NCBI GenBank assembly: GCA_038116985.1
Contig: JAYOEZ010000005.1
Coordinates: forward strand, 12,758 to 76,757
Direction: 5' to 3'
DNA from: Alphaproteobacteria bacterium
GTDB lineage: Bacteria > Pseudomonadota > Alphaproteobacteria > SHVP01
Length of the DNA: 64,000 nucleotides
The position numbers and the translations under genes were made by a program. The notes under the pieces are model-generated. The model had not been told where the DNA came from and did not search any database. It was given only the letters and a program-made list of their open reading frames with translations. Of the stretch, positions 1 to 11,535 are shown piece by piece (within the stretch, counting starts at the first letter, position 1; the number at the start of each line of letters is the position of its first letter).

Positions 1-902
<902 letters not shown>

Positions 903-906
<4 letters not shown>

Positions 907-1814
907 CCGGCTTTTCTGACTCGGCGGCTGGTCGCGAGCCAGACGCCGGCGAAGATGAGCGCGATGCCGACGAGGTGATAGACCTCGAACGGCTCCGACA
1001 GAAAGACGACGCCGCCGAGCGCGCCCCACATCGGCATCAGGTACTGCAACTGGATGCCGCGGGTCGCGCCGACCGCGCCGATGCCTGCGTTCCAGAAGGC
1101 ATAGGCGATGAGCGCCGGGAAGATCGCGATGTAGCCGATCTGCCAGGCGATGTCGGTCGTGACGGCAAAGGTCCTCCCGTGCGCCAGGTCCCAGGCGTAG
1201 AAGGCGGCGAGCAGCGGCATGCTGATCACCATCATGACCATCAGAAAGGGCAGCCCGTCGAGGCCCTGCGGCTTGAAGCGTAGCGAGAGCGTGTAGAGCG
1301 CCCAGGCGCTGATCGCAGGCAGCATGAGGAGGTCGCCGGGGTTGAACGACAGAGTCTGCAGAACGGCGAGATCCCCCTGTATCACGATCGCAGTGATACC
1401 GGCGAAGGCGACGATCATGCCGACGAAAGTGCGCAGGCCGAATCCTTCGCGGAACAGGATGAAGGCGAGTACGACGGTGAGGACCGGCGTGCCGCCGTTG
1501 ATCAGCGACGCGTTGACCGCGGTAGTGAACTGCACGGCCGAAGTTAGGAACAGGTTGAACGTCGGTACGCCGAGCAGCGCGAGGGAAACGACGATCTTCC
1601 AGTTCTGCCGCACGACAGGCCACTGGCGGATCAGTCCGGGTAGCGCGAAGGGCGTCACCGCAAGCAAGGCAATGCTGACTCGCCAGAAGGTCAGGGAGAA
1701 CGGCGACACTTGCTGCACCGCGACGCGCGCGACGATGTTGTTGCCGGACCAGAACAGGGTCGCGAGCAGCAACATCGCGTAGGGGATGAAAGCGGCGTCC
1801 TTGAAACGTGTCAT
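903..1814 (-). CDS. DMT/EamA family transporter (copy 4 of tandem array)
   Basis: LFWSGN, FWR, GDLLML motifs; ~10 hydrophobic segments; ATG at 1814 overlaps upstream stop (ATGA). Confidence 0.9.
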
Positions 1815-2740
1815 GTACGGGTTGGCTCCGCTGCGGGCCGGCGGACGTTCTGCGCGAGATAGATTCCGGCGAAGATCAGACCGATGCTGATGCCGTGGAA
1901 CCACGACAGCCGTTCGCCGAGGAAGAGGACGGCGAGGATGCCCGAGAAGATCGGGGAAAGGTAGTTGAAGACGTTGGCGCGCGTCGCGCCGAGCCGAGCG
2001 ACGCCATGGTTGAAGAACGCAAAGGCGACGACGGAGGCGAACACGCCGAGATAAACGATGCCGGCGAGGTTGCCGAGCGTCGGGGCGGCAACCTCGCCGG
2101 CCGCAACTTCGAGCAGGTAAAGCGGCACGATTCCGATCCAGCCGACGATCATCACGCCGAGCAGCATGCCCATCGGATCGACGCCGCGCGGCATCGTGCG
2201 CAGGCCGACCGAGTAGACGACCCAGGCCGCGACGGCGAGCAGCGCGATGAGATCGCCCGTATTGAACTCGAGACGCGCGAGGGCGCCGAGATCGCCATGC
2301 GAGATGACCACTGCGACGCCCGCGAAGGCGACGATCATCCCGAGGACAGCGCGCGACGTCACGGTTTCGCGAAATACGAGCCACGTGGCCGCGGCGCTGA
2401 GCGCCGGAATCGCCGAGGTGATCAGCGTGGCGTGGATTGCCGTCGTGTGCTGCACCGCGTGGTAGATGAAGCTGTTGAACCCGGTGACGCCGGCAACCGC
2501 CACGATCAGGAACAACCACGGCCTTTCGAGGTAGCGGCGACGGTCGCGCCACAGGGCGGGTGCGGCGAAAGGCGCGAGCACCAGAATGCCGACCAGCCAA
2601 CGCCAGAACGCAAGGTTCATCGGCGGCATGACGTCGGCCGCGCCGCGCGCGAACACGCTGTTGCCGGACCAGAAGACGAAGCACAGCGTCATCAGGAGGT
2701 AGGGCGAGGTGAGGATCGCGCGCCAGCCCCGCGAGTTCAT
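1811..2740 (-). CDS. DMT/EamA family transporter (copy 3)
   Basis: FWSGN, LAFWRW, GDLIAL, LGERL; ATGA coupling to neighbours. Confidence 0.9.
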   Translation of the reverse strand: MNSRGWRAILTSPYLLMTLCFVFWSGNSVFARGAADVMPPMNLAFWRWLVGILVLAPFAAPALWRDRRRYLERPWLFLIVAVAGVTGFNSFIYHAVQHTTAIHATLITSAIPALSAAATWLVFRETVTSRAVLGMIVAFAGVAVVISHGDLGALARLEFNTGDLIALLAVAAWVVYSVGLRTMPRGVDPMGMLLGVMIVGWIGIVPLYLLEVAAGEVAAPTLGNLAGIVYLGVFASVVAFAFFNHGVARLGATRANVFNYLSPIFSGILAVLFLGERLSWFHGISIGLIFAGIYLAQNVRRPAAEPTRT

Positions 2741-3654
2741 GTCACGGGCCCCTTGGGCACGCGACGTGTCGTGGTCGCGAGATAAATGCCGAGGAAAACG
2801 AGAAGGACGCCCGCGTGATAGGGCTGCACCGATTCGCCGAGGGCCACGATCGCCAGCGTGCCGCCGAAGACAGGATTCAGGTAGGTGAACTGACTGGCGA
2901 TGTTGGCGCCGACCATCGACACGCCGCGCGCCCACATGATGTAGGAAAACACCGAGGAGAACGCCGCAAGATAGAGGATGCCGACCACATTTGGCAGGGA
3001 GACGACCATGCGGCCGCCCGACGCGACCTCCCACAGGTAGACCGGCAGCAACATGACGATGCCGAGGATGACGATGGCGAGCAGCAAACCCTCCGGTCTG
3101 ATTCCGGGTGGCAGGCGGCCAAGCAGAATCGAATAGCCGGCCCAGCAGAACACCGCACAGAAGACCAACAGGTCGCCCTTGTTGAGCGACAGCGTCGCCA
3201 GGCTGCCGAAATCGCCGCGCGCGATGATCACGAGTACGCCGAGAAATCCGAAAACGAGCCCTACGATCAGCCGCGTACTCGCGCCCTCGCGCAGCAACAG
3301 CCACGACAACGTCACGGTGACGACGGGAATGACCGCGAGGATCAGTGTCGCGTTCAGCGCGATGGTGTGCTGCACGCCGACGTAGATGAGCGTGTTGAAG
3401 GCGGCGATGGCGATGGCCCCGAGGGCGAGGACGATGCGCCATTGCTGCCGCAGCATTGCCCGTTGCGCGATCATGGGACGCAATCCGAGCGGCAGCAGCA
3501 TCACGAAGGCGGCGATCCAGCGCCAGAACGACAGCGCGACCGGCGGCACCTCGCCCACGGTGGCACGCGCCACCACGACGTTGCCGGCTCCCGACAGCAT
3601 AACCAGCGTCAGCAGGACATAAGGGTTGAAGAAGATGGCGAGAGCGCGCTGCAC
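2737..3654 (-). CDS. DMT/EamA family transporter (copy 2)
   Basis: PPVALSFWRW, GDLLVF, YLNPVFG; GTG start at 3654 inferred. Confidence 0.88.
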   Translation of the reverse strand: MQRALAIFFNPYVLLTLVMLSGAGNVVVARATVGEVPPVALSFWRWIAAFVMLLPLGLRPMIAQRAMLRQQWRIVLALGAIAIAAFNTLIYVGVQHTIALNATLILAVIPVVTVTLSWLLLREGASTRLIVGLVFGFLGVLVIIARGDFGSLATLSLNKGDLLVFCAVFCWAGYSILLGRLPPGIRPEGLLLAIVILGIVMLLPVYLWEVASGGRMVVSLPNVVGILYLAAFSSVFSYIMWARGVSMVGANIASQFTYLNPVFGGTLAIVALGESVQPYHAGVLLVFLGIYLATTTRRVPKGPVT

Positions 3655-3662
3655 GATCGACC

Positions 3663-4568
3663 TCAGGCGCGCCGCTGCGAGGTCGCGAGCGCGATACCGC
3701 CGAAGATCAGGACGATCCCTGCAGCGTGATAGCCGCGAAAGGCTTCGCCGAGAAAGGCGACCGCCATCAGGCTGGAGAAGATCGGCGTGAGGTAGACGAA
3801 CTGAGTCGCCGTGCGCACGCCGATGGAGCCGACAGCCCAGTTGTACATGGTGAACGAAACCGCGGTCGCCATGACGCCGACATAGAGGATCGCGCTGACC
3901 GCCGATGCGGTCGGTGCGAAGCCGATCCCGCGGCTCAGTTCCCAGGTATAGAACGGCGCGATGGCGGCGAGCGCGACGACGTTGATCGCGAACATGAAGC
4001 CGACAGGGTTCAGCCCCTTGGCAAGGTCGCGCAGCAGCATGGAGTAGAAGACAAAGCCGGCGGTTGCGATCAGCATCATGAGATCGCCGGGGACCAACGA
4101 CAGGTGAAGCAACACGTCGATATCGCCGCGCACGACCGTCACGACCACACCAAGAAACCCCACGACCAATCCAAGGAACAGGCGCAGGCCAACACCCTCG
4201 CGATGAAACACACCGGTCAGCGCCACCACCGCAACGGGCGCGGTGGTGATGATGAGGGACGCGTTGATCGCCGTGGTCGTCTGGACGCCGAGATAAAGGA
4301 ATCCGTTGTAGACGGCGATCCCGAACGTCCCCATCGCCAGGATGCGCAACCACTGGCCGGTATATTGGTCGCGCTGGCGCCAGAGCGGCGGCAGTCCGAA
4401 CGGGATCATCACGACGACCGCGGCGACGAAGCGCCAGAAGGTCAGCGCGATCGGCGGCACCTCGGCGATCACTGCGCGACCCACGACGGGATTTGCCGCG
4501 GCAATGGCCATGGCCAGCGTCAACACGGCGATGGCCCAAGGGCGGCTGATCGCGGCCCGATCCAACAT
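3663..4568 (-). CDS. DMT/EamA family transporter (copy 1)
   Basis: PPIALTFWRF, GDLMML, YLTPIFS, LGE motifs. Confidence 0.9.
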   Translation of the reverse strand: MLDRAAISRPWAIAVLTLAMAIAAANPVVGRAVIAEVPPIALTFWRFVAAVVVMIPFGLPPLWRQRDQYTGQWLRILAMGTFGIAVYNGFLYLGVQTTTAINASLIITTAPVAVVALTGVFHREGVGLRLFLGLVVGFLGVVVTVVRGDIDVLLHLSLVPGDLMMLIATAGFVFYSMLLRDLAKGLNPVGFMFAINVVALAAIAPFYTWELSRGIGFAPTASAVSAILYVGVMATAVSFTMYNWAVGSIGVRTATQFVYLTPIFSSLMAVAFLGEAFRGYHAAGIVLIFGGIALATSQRRA

Positions 4569-4633
4569 CGATATCTCTGGGTTCCCGAAAAGAGGGGCGA
4601 CTCTAGGCGCGCGGCAAGGGCCTTAGCAAATAG

Positions 4634-7345
4634 TTAGTGACCCTTACGCAACGCTTTGAGTTTATAGAGCGCTTCGAGCGCCTCGCGCGGCGACAGTTCG
4701 TCGGGCGACAATGAGTCCACAGCTTCCCGCAGCGCGTCCGTCTCGGCGGGGGACTGCGCGTCGTCCTGGTTCATGGCCGCGGCGAACAACGGCAGGTCGT
4801 CGGCCAGTCGCGTGACCGCGCTGCCCTGTTCGCTCGCCTCGAGCGCCTTGAGAATTTCGCCGGCCCGCTTGATGACGACGTCGGGGAGACCGGCGAGCTT
4901 CGCCACCGCGATGCCGTAGGACCGATCGGCGGCGCCGGCGATCACCTCATGCAGGAAGACGATATCGCCTTCCCATTCCTTGATCCGCATGGTGTGCGGC
5001 GACAACCGGGTCAGCTTGTTCGCGAGGATCGTGAGCTCGTGATAGTGCGTCGCGAACAGGGAACGGCACAGGTTCACGTCATGCAGATGCTCGATCGCGG
5101 CCCAGGCGATGGATAGCCCGTCGAAGGTCGCCGTACCGCGACCGATCTCGTCGAGGATCACCAGCGAGCGCTCCGTTGCGCGATTGAGAATTGCCGCGGT
5201 CTCGACCATTTCGACCATGAAGGTCGAGCGGCCGCGGGCGAGATCGTCCGCGGCGCCGACGCGACTGAACAGGCGATCAACGACGCCGATGTGCGCCCGA
5301 GCCGCCGGGACGAAGGCACCCATCTGCGCAAGGACGACAATCAGCGCGTTCTGGCGCAGGAAGGTGCTCTTGCCCACCATGTTGGGCCCGGTCACCAGCC
5401 ACACCCGGCCGTCGTCGCCGAGATCGCAGTCGTTGGCGACGAAGCCGGACTCGTTGGCCCGGCGCAGCGCGTCCTCGACGACCGGGTGCCGTCCGTCCTC
5501 GATCAGAAAGGCGCGGCCATCGTCGACAACAGGTCGGACGTAACCGCGCGATGCCGCCAGCTCGGCGAGCCCGGCTGCGACGTCGAGGGCTGCCAGCGAG
5601 GCTGCCGCAGCGTTGATTTCCTGTGCCCGCGCCAGAACCTCCTCGGCGAGGCGGTCGAACAGCGCCTGCTCCATGGCCAGGGCGCGGTCGGCCGCGCTGG
5701 AAATCTTGCCTTCGAGGTCGCCGAGTTCGGTCGTCGTGTAGCGCACCGCGCTCGCCAGCGTCTGGCGGTGGATGTAGCGCTGTCGAATCTCTTCGGGAAG
5801 TTCCTTGGTGAGCTTGTCGGCGTGCGTGGGCGTCACCTCGATGAAGTAGCCGAGGACGTTGTTGTGCTTCACCTTGAGCGTAGCGATGCCGGTTTCCTCG
5901 GCGTAGCGCGCTTGCAGCGCCGCCGTATGCCGCCGGCTTTCGTCGCGCAGCGTGCGAACCTCGTCGAGTTCACTGTCGTAGCCCCTGGCAATGAAACCGC
6001 CGTCGCGCGCTAGGTGCGGCAGATCGTCAGCCAGCGCTGAGGCAAGGTCGTCGGTCAGGGCGCGATGGCCAGTCAGCGGTACACGCAACGCTTCGAGGGG
6101 CGGCAACGCCGCCTGTGCCGCCAGCGCGACGTACAGCGCCTCCGCGGCGACCAGCCCATCACGCACGGCAGCGAGATCGCGCGGACCGCCGCGCTGCAGC
6201 GACAGGCGCGTCAGGGCGCGCGCGATGTCGGGCGCCGCGTGAAGACGTTCACGCAAGGTTTCACGCAGGTCCGGCTCGTCAACGAAGACCTGTACAAGAT
6301 CCTGGCGTTCGCGAATCGCGGCAACGTCGGTCGACGGCGCGGACAGCCGATCGGCGAGGAGCCGCGCGCCGGCGCCCGTCACCGTCCTGTCGATGACCGA
6401 CAGAAGACTGCCGTCGCGTTCGCCGGACAGGGTGCGCACCAGTTCAAGATTGCGCCGGGTCGCCGCATCGACCGACAGCAGGCCGGCATCGCGCACCGCG
6501 GCAGGCGGGCGCAGCGCCGGCAGCTTGCCGCGCTGCGTCAGCTCGACATAGTCGAAGACGGTGCCGAGCGCCGCAATCTCGGCGCGGGAGAATTCACCGT
6601 AGGCATCGAGACTGGCAACCCCGTAGTGGGCGGCGAGACGCCGTTCTGCGTTGCTCGTATCGAGGCTGCCGCGCGGTAACGGCGTCACCACCGCCTGCCA
6701 GTCACGCAGCGCCGCATCGACGGCCGCCTCGCCAAGAAGCGCGTCGGGAACCAGAATCTCTCCGGGATCGAGCCGCGCCAGCGCGGGCTCGAGTCCGCCA
6801 TCGTCGACGGGCTGGGCGCGGAACTCACCGGTCGAAAGATCGAGCCAGGCGAGCGCCGCGCCGGTACCGGTCCTGGCCAGCGCCGCGAGATAGGTATGGC
6901 GACGGGCATCGAGCAGCGTGTCTTCGGTCAGCGTGCCGGGCGTGACGAGACGTACGACATCGCGCGCAACCACCGACTTGCTGCCGCGTTTCTTGGCTTC
7001 GGCGGGGTCTTCGGTCTGCTCGCAGACCGCAACCTTGAACTTCTGGCGGATCAGGCGTGACAGATAGGTTTCGGCGGCGTGGACAGGAACGCCGCACATC
7101 GGGATGTCCTCGCCCGCATGCTTGCCGCGCTTGGTCAGCGTGATGTTGAGCGCCGCGGACGCCTTGACCGCATCGTCGAAGAACAATTCGTAGAAATCGC
7201 CCATTCGGTAGAACAGCAGGTACTCGGGGTAGGCCTCCTTGATGGAGAGGTACTGCGCCATCATCGGCGTCACAGCCGCGTCCTTTTCAGGCGCTGTCGC
7301 AGGCGCAGATTCCTTGGGATCGGTAGACGTTTCGGCGAGAGCCAT
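4634..7345 (-). CDS. mutS: DNA mismatch repair protein MutS
   Basis: [20 protein letters not shown], GPNMx[23 protein letters not shown]. Confidence 0.98.
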   Translation of the reverse strand: MALAETSTDPKESAPATAPEKDAAVTPMMAQYLSIKEAYPEYLLFYRMGDFYELFFDDAVKASAALNITLTKRGKHAGEDIPMCGVPVHAAETYLSRLIRQKFKVAVCEQTEDPAEAKKRGSKSVVARDVVRLVTPGTLTEDTLLDARRHTYLAALARTGTGAALAWLDLSTGEFRAQPVDDGGLEPALARLDPGEILVPDALLGEAAVDAALRDWQAVVTPLPRGSLDTSNAERRLAAHYGVASLDAYGEFSRAEIAALGTVFDYVELTQRGKLPALRPPAAVRDAGLLSVDAATRRNLELVRTLSGERDGSLLSVIDRTVTGAGARLLADRLSAPSTDVAAIRERQDLVQVFVDEPDLRETLRERLHAAPDIARALTRLSLQRGGPRDLAAVRDGLVAAEALYVALAAQAALPPLEALRVPLTGHRALTDDLASALADDLPHLARDGGFIARGYDSELDEVRTLRDESRRHTAALQARYAEETGIATLKVKHNNVLGYFIEVTPTHADKLTKELPEEIRQRYIHRQTLASAVRYTTTELGDLEGKISSAADRALAMEQALFDRLAEEVLARAQEINAAAASLAALDVAAGLAELAASRGYVRPVVDDGRAFLIEDGRHPVVEDALRRANESGFVANDCDLGDDGRVWLVTGPNMVGKSTFLRQNALIVVLAQMGAFVPAARAHIGVVDRLFSRVGAADDLARGRSTFMVEMVETAAILNRATERSLVILDEIGRGTATFDGLSIAWAAIEHLHDVNLCRSLFATHYHELTILANKLTRLSPHTMRIKEWEGDIVFLHEVIAGAADRSYGIAVAKLAGLPDVVIKRAGEILKALEASEQGSAVTRLADDLPLFAAAMNQDDAQSPAETDALREAVDSLSPDELSPREALEALYKLKALRKGH

Positions 7346-7380
7346 GATGACGGCACGTTAGCACAGGGGCCGGGCCGCGA

Positions 7381-8898
7381 TCAGGGGAGCAACATGCCCC
7401 GCATCGCATAGAACAGGAAGGCCGAGAGGAGGGCCGCAGCAGGCACGGTCACGACCCAGGCAGCGGCGATGGCGAAGACGTGGCGCCGCCGGACGAGCCG
7501 GCGCTTTCGTTCCTTCTTGAGCGTCTTCAGTTCGTTGTTCGTCAGGACAATTCCGGCCGCAGCAGCTTCGTTCAAGCCGTCCGCGACCTCGGCCGACGGC
7601 GGCGCCGCAATCGGGCTGCGGCGATTGACGACGATCTCGCGCAGGAATCCGACGCCGAAGATCGCGCCGAGCGCGATGTGGGTCGAGGACACCGGGAGAC
7701 CGAGCGCGGAAGCGATGAGTACGGTGATGGCGGCGGAGAGGGCGACGCAGAAAGCCCGTGAACGATCAAGCTTGGTGATCTTCTCGCCGACGACGCGGAT
7801 GAGCTTGGGACCGTACAGCCCGAGCCCGGCGGCAATGCCGAGCGCGCCCACGACCATGACCCAGAAGGGGACGGAAGCCGTGGTCAGAATCTCGCCGGTC
7901 GAAACGGCCGTGACCACGGCGGCGAGCGGACCAATCGCATTGGCGACGTCGTTGGCGCCATGTGCGAACGACAGCAGCGCTGCGGCAAATATCAGCGGGA
8001 TTGTGAAGAGGTTGCTCACCGAGCGACGGCGATTTTCCATGCCGACCGACGCACGAGACACGAAGTGGCGCACGACGACGTAGGCGACGATGTAGGTCGC
8101 GACGCCGACGACGATGACCGTGGTGGTGTCGGTCGAGATGAGGCGCTTGAGGCCCTTCACCACGAGATACATCGAGAAGGCGGACGCCATGATGGCGACG
8201 AGGATCGGCACCCATCGTCGCGCGGCCGCGATCTTGTCTTCCTTGTAGATGATGAGGAACTTGATCACGGCGAGAAAGGCAGCCGCGATGACGCCGCCGA
8301 GGACCGGCGAAATGACCCAGCTGGCGGCGATGGACGCCATGGTGTCCCATTGCACGGCCTGTAGCCCTTCGGCCGCTATGCCGGCGCCCAAGACGCCGCC
8401 GACGATCGAATGCGTGGTCGACACCGGCGCGCCCAGAAAGGTCGCTATGTTGATCCAGATCGCGGCGGCAAACAGGGCCGACATCATCGCCCACACGAAC
8501 ACGTCCGTCGAAGGCATGTCGCCGACGTCGATGATTCCCTTGGAGATCGTCCTGACCACGTCGCCGCCGGCGATGATGGCGCCCGCCGCTTCGAAGATGC
8601 CGGCGATGATCAAGGCGCCCACCATGGTCAGCGCACCCGACCCCACGGCGGCGCCGACGTTGTTGGCGACATCGTTGGCGCCGATGTTGAGCGCCATGTA
8701 GCCGCCGATCACCGCCGCGGCGATGATCATGATATTGCCTTCGGTGCTGCCGGTCTGGATGAAGGCGAAGCCGAGAACCGCGAGCAGGAAGGCGAAGCCC
8801 AGCCCGAGGTTGAAGTTCTCGCGCCCGACGCGGTAACGCGCCTTCTCAAGGCGCGTGAACTTCTTGAGATCCTTGTCGAGCGTGCTCTTGACCGACAT
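7381..8898 (-). CDS. pit: Inorganic phosphate transporter, PiT family
   Basis: Two GANDVAN signatures, PVSTTH/PVSSTH; GGAGG RBS before ATG 8898. Confidence 0.93.
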   Translation of the reverse strand: MSVKSTLDKDLKKFTRLEKARYRVGRENFNLGLGFAFLLAVLGFAFIQTGSTEGNIMIIAAAVIGGYMALNIGANDVANNVGAAVGSGALTMVGALIIAGIFEAAGAIIAGGDVVRTISKGIIDVGDMPSTDVFVWAMMSALFAAAIWINIATFLGAPVSTTHSIVGGVLGAGIAAEGLQAVQWDTMASIAASWVISPVLGGVIAAAFLAVIKFLIIYKEDKIAAARRWVPILVAIMASAFSMYLVVKGLKRLISTDTTTVIVVGVATYIVAYVVVRHFVSRASVGMENRRRSVSNLFTIPLIFAAALLSFAHGANDVANAIGPLAAVVTAVSTGEILTTASVPFWVMVVGALGIAAGLGLYGPKLIRVVGEKITKLDRSRAFCVALSAAITVLIASALGLPVSSTHIALGAIFGVGFLREIVVNRRSPIAAPPSAEVADGLNEAAAAGIVLTNNELKTLKKERKRRLVRRRHVFAIAAAWVVTVPAAALLSAFLFYAMRGMLLP

Positions 8899-8935
8899 GC
8901 CCCCTCCCAAGGACCTGCGAGACCCGGGGCAGACT

Positions 8936-8964
8936 ATGACGGTGTTATGACAGTTTTGTTACAG
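8936..8964 (-). promoter_or_regulatory. Triple PHO box (PhoB site) upstream of pit
   Basis: Minus strand CTGTAAC-AAAA-CTGTCAT-AACA-CCGTCAT: three heptamers at 11-bp period matching CTGTCAT consensus. Confidence 0.8.
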
Positions 8965-8978
8965 ATGAAACAAAACGG

Positions 8979-9797
8979 TCATGAATCCGGCATCTCGGTG
9001 GGCGTGGTGAAAATGCACGACAGGCCGCCGTCCACCGGCAGACTGACACCGGTGATGTAGGCCGCCTCGTCGGAGGCGAGAAAGACCGCCGCACGGGCGA
9101 TATCCCAGCCCTCGCCCATTCGGCCCATCGGCACCATGGCGTGGCGCTGGGCGACGACGGCGTCCCAGTCGCCGGGATAGGCGTCCTTGAAGGTGTGCAC
9201 GAGGGGCGTGTCGATCAGGCCCGGCTGGATGCAGTTGGCGCGGATGCCCTTGCGGGCGTACTGCATGGCGACGTTCTGGGTGAACTGCTTCACCGCGCCC
9301 TTCGCCGTGTTGTAGACGACGCTGGGGAAGCCGGCATAGCGCTCGGCCGAGATCGACGAAATGTTGGTGACGACACCGCGGCCCTGCTTCTCCATCACCG
9401 GCAGCACGTGCTTGCAGGTCAGGAACATCGACTTGACGTTGACGTCCATGAGGCGGTCCCAGCGCTCCTCGGACAATTCGACGGGACCGCCGATCTCGGT
9501 GACGCCGAGGTTGTTGTGCAGGATGTCGACCGAGCCGAAAGCGTCGATGCAGGCCGCGACCGCCGCCTCGACCTGGCCCGAATCGGTGGCGTCGCAGACA
9601 TGCGCGCTACAGACGTTGCCTTCCTCGGCGATCATTTGAGCGGTTTCGGCGACCGCGTCGGCACTGATGTCGACAGCGAGGACCCTGGCGCCCTCCCGCG
9701 CATAGAGAATCGCCGCCGCCTTGCCGTTGCCGAGTCCGGGTCCGATCGACCCTGCACCGATCACGAGGGCAACGCGATCCTTTAGCCGTGCGGCCAT
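8979..9797 (-). CDS. SDR family NAD(P)-dependent oxidoreductase
   Basis: GAGSIGPGLGNG, NNLG, YxxxK (YNTAK), PGLIDTP, VDGG. Confidence 0.92.
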   Translation of the reverse strand: MAARLKDRVALVIGAGSIGPGLGNGKAAAILYAREGARVLAVDISADAVAETAQMIAEEGNVCSAHVCDATDSGQVEAAVAACIDAFGSVDILHNNLGVTEIGGPVELSEERWDRLMDVNVKSMFLTCKHVLPVMEKQGRGVVTNISSISAERYAGFPSVVYNTAKGAVKQFTQNVAMQYARKGIRANCIQPGLIDTPLVHTFKDAYPGDWDAVVAQRHAMVPMGRMGEGWDIARAAVFLASDEAAYITGVSLPVDGGLSCIFTTPTEMPDS

Positions 9798-9799
9798 GC

Positions 9800-10582
9800 C
9801 TAGGCCCGCGTGTCGCCGCGTTCGAAATAGTCGTGGTACTTCTCCGGCACGTTCTCCATGGCCAGAACCATGAACACGTCGGTGGTGCCGAACTGCCGGT
9901 CGATCACCGCGCCATCGCCGCACACCCCTCCCAGCCGCAGGTAGGCGCGGATCAGCGGCGGCACCTGCTTGATCGCCTGGCGCGGGCTGATCTTGTCTTT
10001 CGGGAACAGGTCCATCTTCATGTATTGATCGGGCAACGCTTTGACGCGCAGGTCGGGCGGCGCCATGTGGAAATGGTAGAGATAGGAGAGGGGTAACGCG
10101 ATCGCATCGGTGTCGGTGCCCGGGAAGCTGGCGCAGCCGAAAATACGTTCGATGTTGTTGTCGCGGTAGTAGTGCGCGAGCCCGCGCCACAGCAGTTCGA
10201 TGGTGCGCTGGTTGCGGTACTCGGCATGGACGCAGGAACGACCGATCTCACAGGCATTGCGGTCGCCGAAGCGGGCAACGAAGGCGTCGATGTCGTATTC
10301 GCTCGACGAATAGTAGCCGCCATGCGCCTCCGCATCGGCGCGCTGCATCATCCGGTAGGTGCCAACGATCTGATGGTCCTCGGGACGTTCGCGATCGATC
10401 ACCAGCATGTGGTCGCAGATGGCGTCGAAGCGGTCGAAGTCACGACCGGCGGCACGCATCTCGGGCGTCGGCTCGGCTGCCATCTCCTCGTAGAAGACCT
10501 GGTAGCGCAGACGCTGCGCTGCGGCGATGTCCGCGGGGTCGCGGGTCAGCCGGATCTCGAATCGCCCATCGGCTGAAAGCAC
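9800..10582 (-). CDS. olsB: GNAT N-acyltransferase, OlsB-like (L-ornithine N-acyltransferase)
   Basis: AAQRLRYQVFYEE, DRFDAICDH, EIGRSCVH, PPLIRAYLRLG, DRQFGTTD. Confidence 0.8.
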   Translation of the reverse strand: MLSADGRFEIRLTRDPADIAAAQRLRYQVFYEEMAAEPTPEMRAAGRDFDRFDAICDHMLVIDRERPEDHQIVGTYRMMQRADAEAHGGYYSSSEYDIDAFVARFGDRNACEIGRSCVHAEYRNQRTIELLWRGLAHYYRDNNIERIFGCASFPGTDTDAIALPLSYLYHFHMAPPDLRVKALPDQYMKMDLFPKDKISPRQAIKQVPPLIRAYLRLGGVCGDGAVIDRQFGTTDVFMVLAMENVPEKYHDYFERGDTRA

Positions 10583-10659
10583 GTCATGCCTCGATCGTTG
10601 CGCGCCTCTGCGGGCGCTGTCGTGACACAGGTAGTGCAGACAAAGCGATTGCGCAAACG

Positions 10660-10686
10660 AAACGGGCTGCCAAAGGCAGCCCGTTT
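10660..10686. terminator. Stem-loop terminator downstream of small secreted protein gene
   Basis: AAACGGGCTGCC-AAA-GGCAGCCCGTTT perfect 12-bp inverted repeat. Confidence 0.75.
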
Positions 10687-10705
10687 GCGCAGAAAAGGAG
10701 GTAAC

Positions 10706-10876
10706 TTAGCCCTTCTTGTCCTGCTCCACCGGCTTGCTCTGCAGCGGCGCGGTCTGCGCCGTCGTCATCTGCTTTTCGCTCGCGGTGTGGAAGAAGCCGC
10801 CGCACTCGGCGAAAGCCGGGCCCGCAAAAGCGACGACGCCGGCGACGAGTGCAACCATGCTCACTTTGCGCATCAT
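10706..10876 (-). CDS. Small (56 aa) secreted protein, not in ORF track
   Basis: MMRKVSMVALVAGVVAFAGPAFA|ECGGFFHTASEKQMTTAQTAPLQSKPVEQDKKG; AGGAGG RBS, signal peptide ending AFA, downstream terminator. Confidence 0.75.
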   Translation of the reverse strand: MMRKVSMVALVAGVVAFAGPAFAECGGFFHTASEKQMTTAQTAPLQSKPVEQDKKG

Positions 10877-10935
10877 ACCCTCCTGGGTGGTTCGCCCCCC
10901 GACTCTAGGGGCCCCGGGGGGTGCGAATCAAACTG

Positions 10936-11460
10936 TCAGGCCCGTTTCGCGGCCTCGATCACATCAATGTAAGCGATGTTTGCGGCGGCGCCGAAGCATA
11001 CGAAGAGAACCTGCGTGATCCGCGGATGCCGGCGCAGCCCATCCGAGACTTCGCGCACGGCGATTTCAGTGGCAGCTCTTAGCGGATAGCCGTAGATGCC
11101 GGTGCTGATGGCCGGAAACGCGATCGAGGCGAGGTCGTGTTGCGCCGCAAGATCCATGACGTTGCGGTAGCAACTGGCGAGCAGCGCCGGCTCGCCCTGT
11201 TCGCCGCCACGCCACACCGGGCCGACGGTGTGGATGACGAAGCGCGCCCGCAGGTCGTAGCCCGCGGTGATCCGGGCCTCACCCGTCGGACAGCCGCCGA
11301 TGGTGCGGCATGCTGCGAGCAGCGCCGGACCGGCCGCGTGGTGGATGGCACCGTCGACCCCGCCACCGCCCAGCAGCGTTTCGTTGGCGGCGTTGACGAT
11401 CGCGTCGACGGCCTGATGGGTGATGTCGCCTTCGACGACGGCGATGCGTTCCCAGGGCAT
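10936..11460 (-). CDS. Macro domain O-acetyl-ADP-ribose deacetylase (YmdB-like)
   Basis: [41 protein letters not shown]. Confidence 0.93.
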   Translation of the reverse strand: MPWERIAVVEGDITHQAVDAIVNAANETLLGGGGVDGAIHHAAGPALLAACRTIGGCPTGEARITAGYDLRARFVIHTVGPVWRGGEQGEPALLASCYRNVMDLAAQHDLASIAFPAISTGIYGYPLRAATEIAVREVSDGLRRHPRITQVLFVCFGAAANIAYIDVIEAAKRA

Positions 11461-11535
11461 GGCGCGAGCGTAGCGAGGCGGCATGGCGCGCGGCAACGCT
11501 TGACGCACCGAATCCGATCCCCGAGGTTCCCGACC

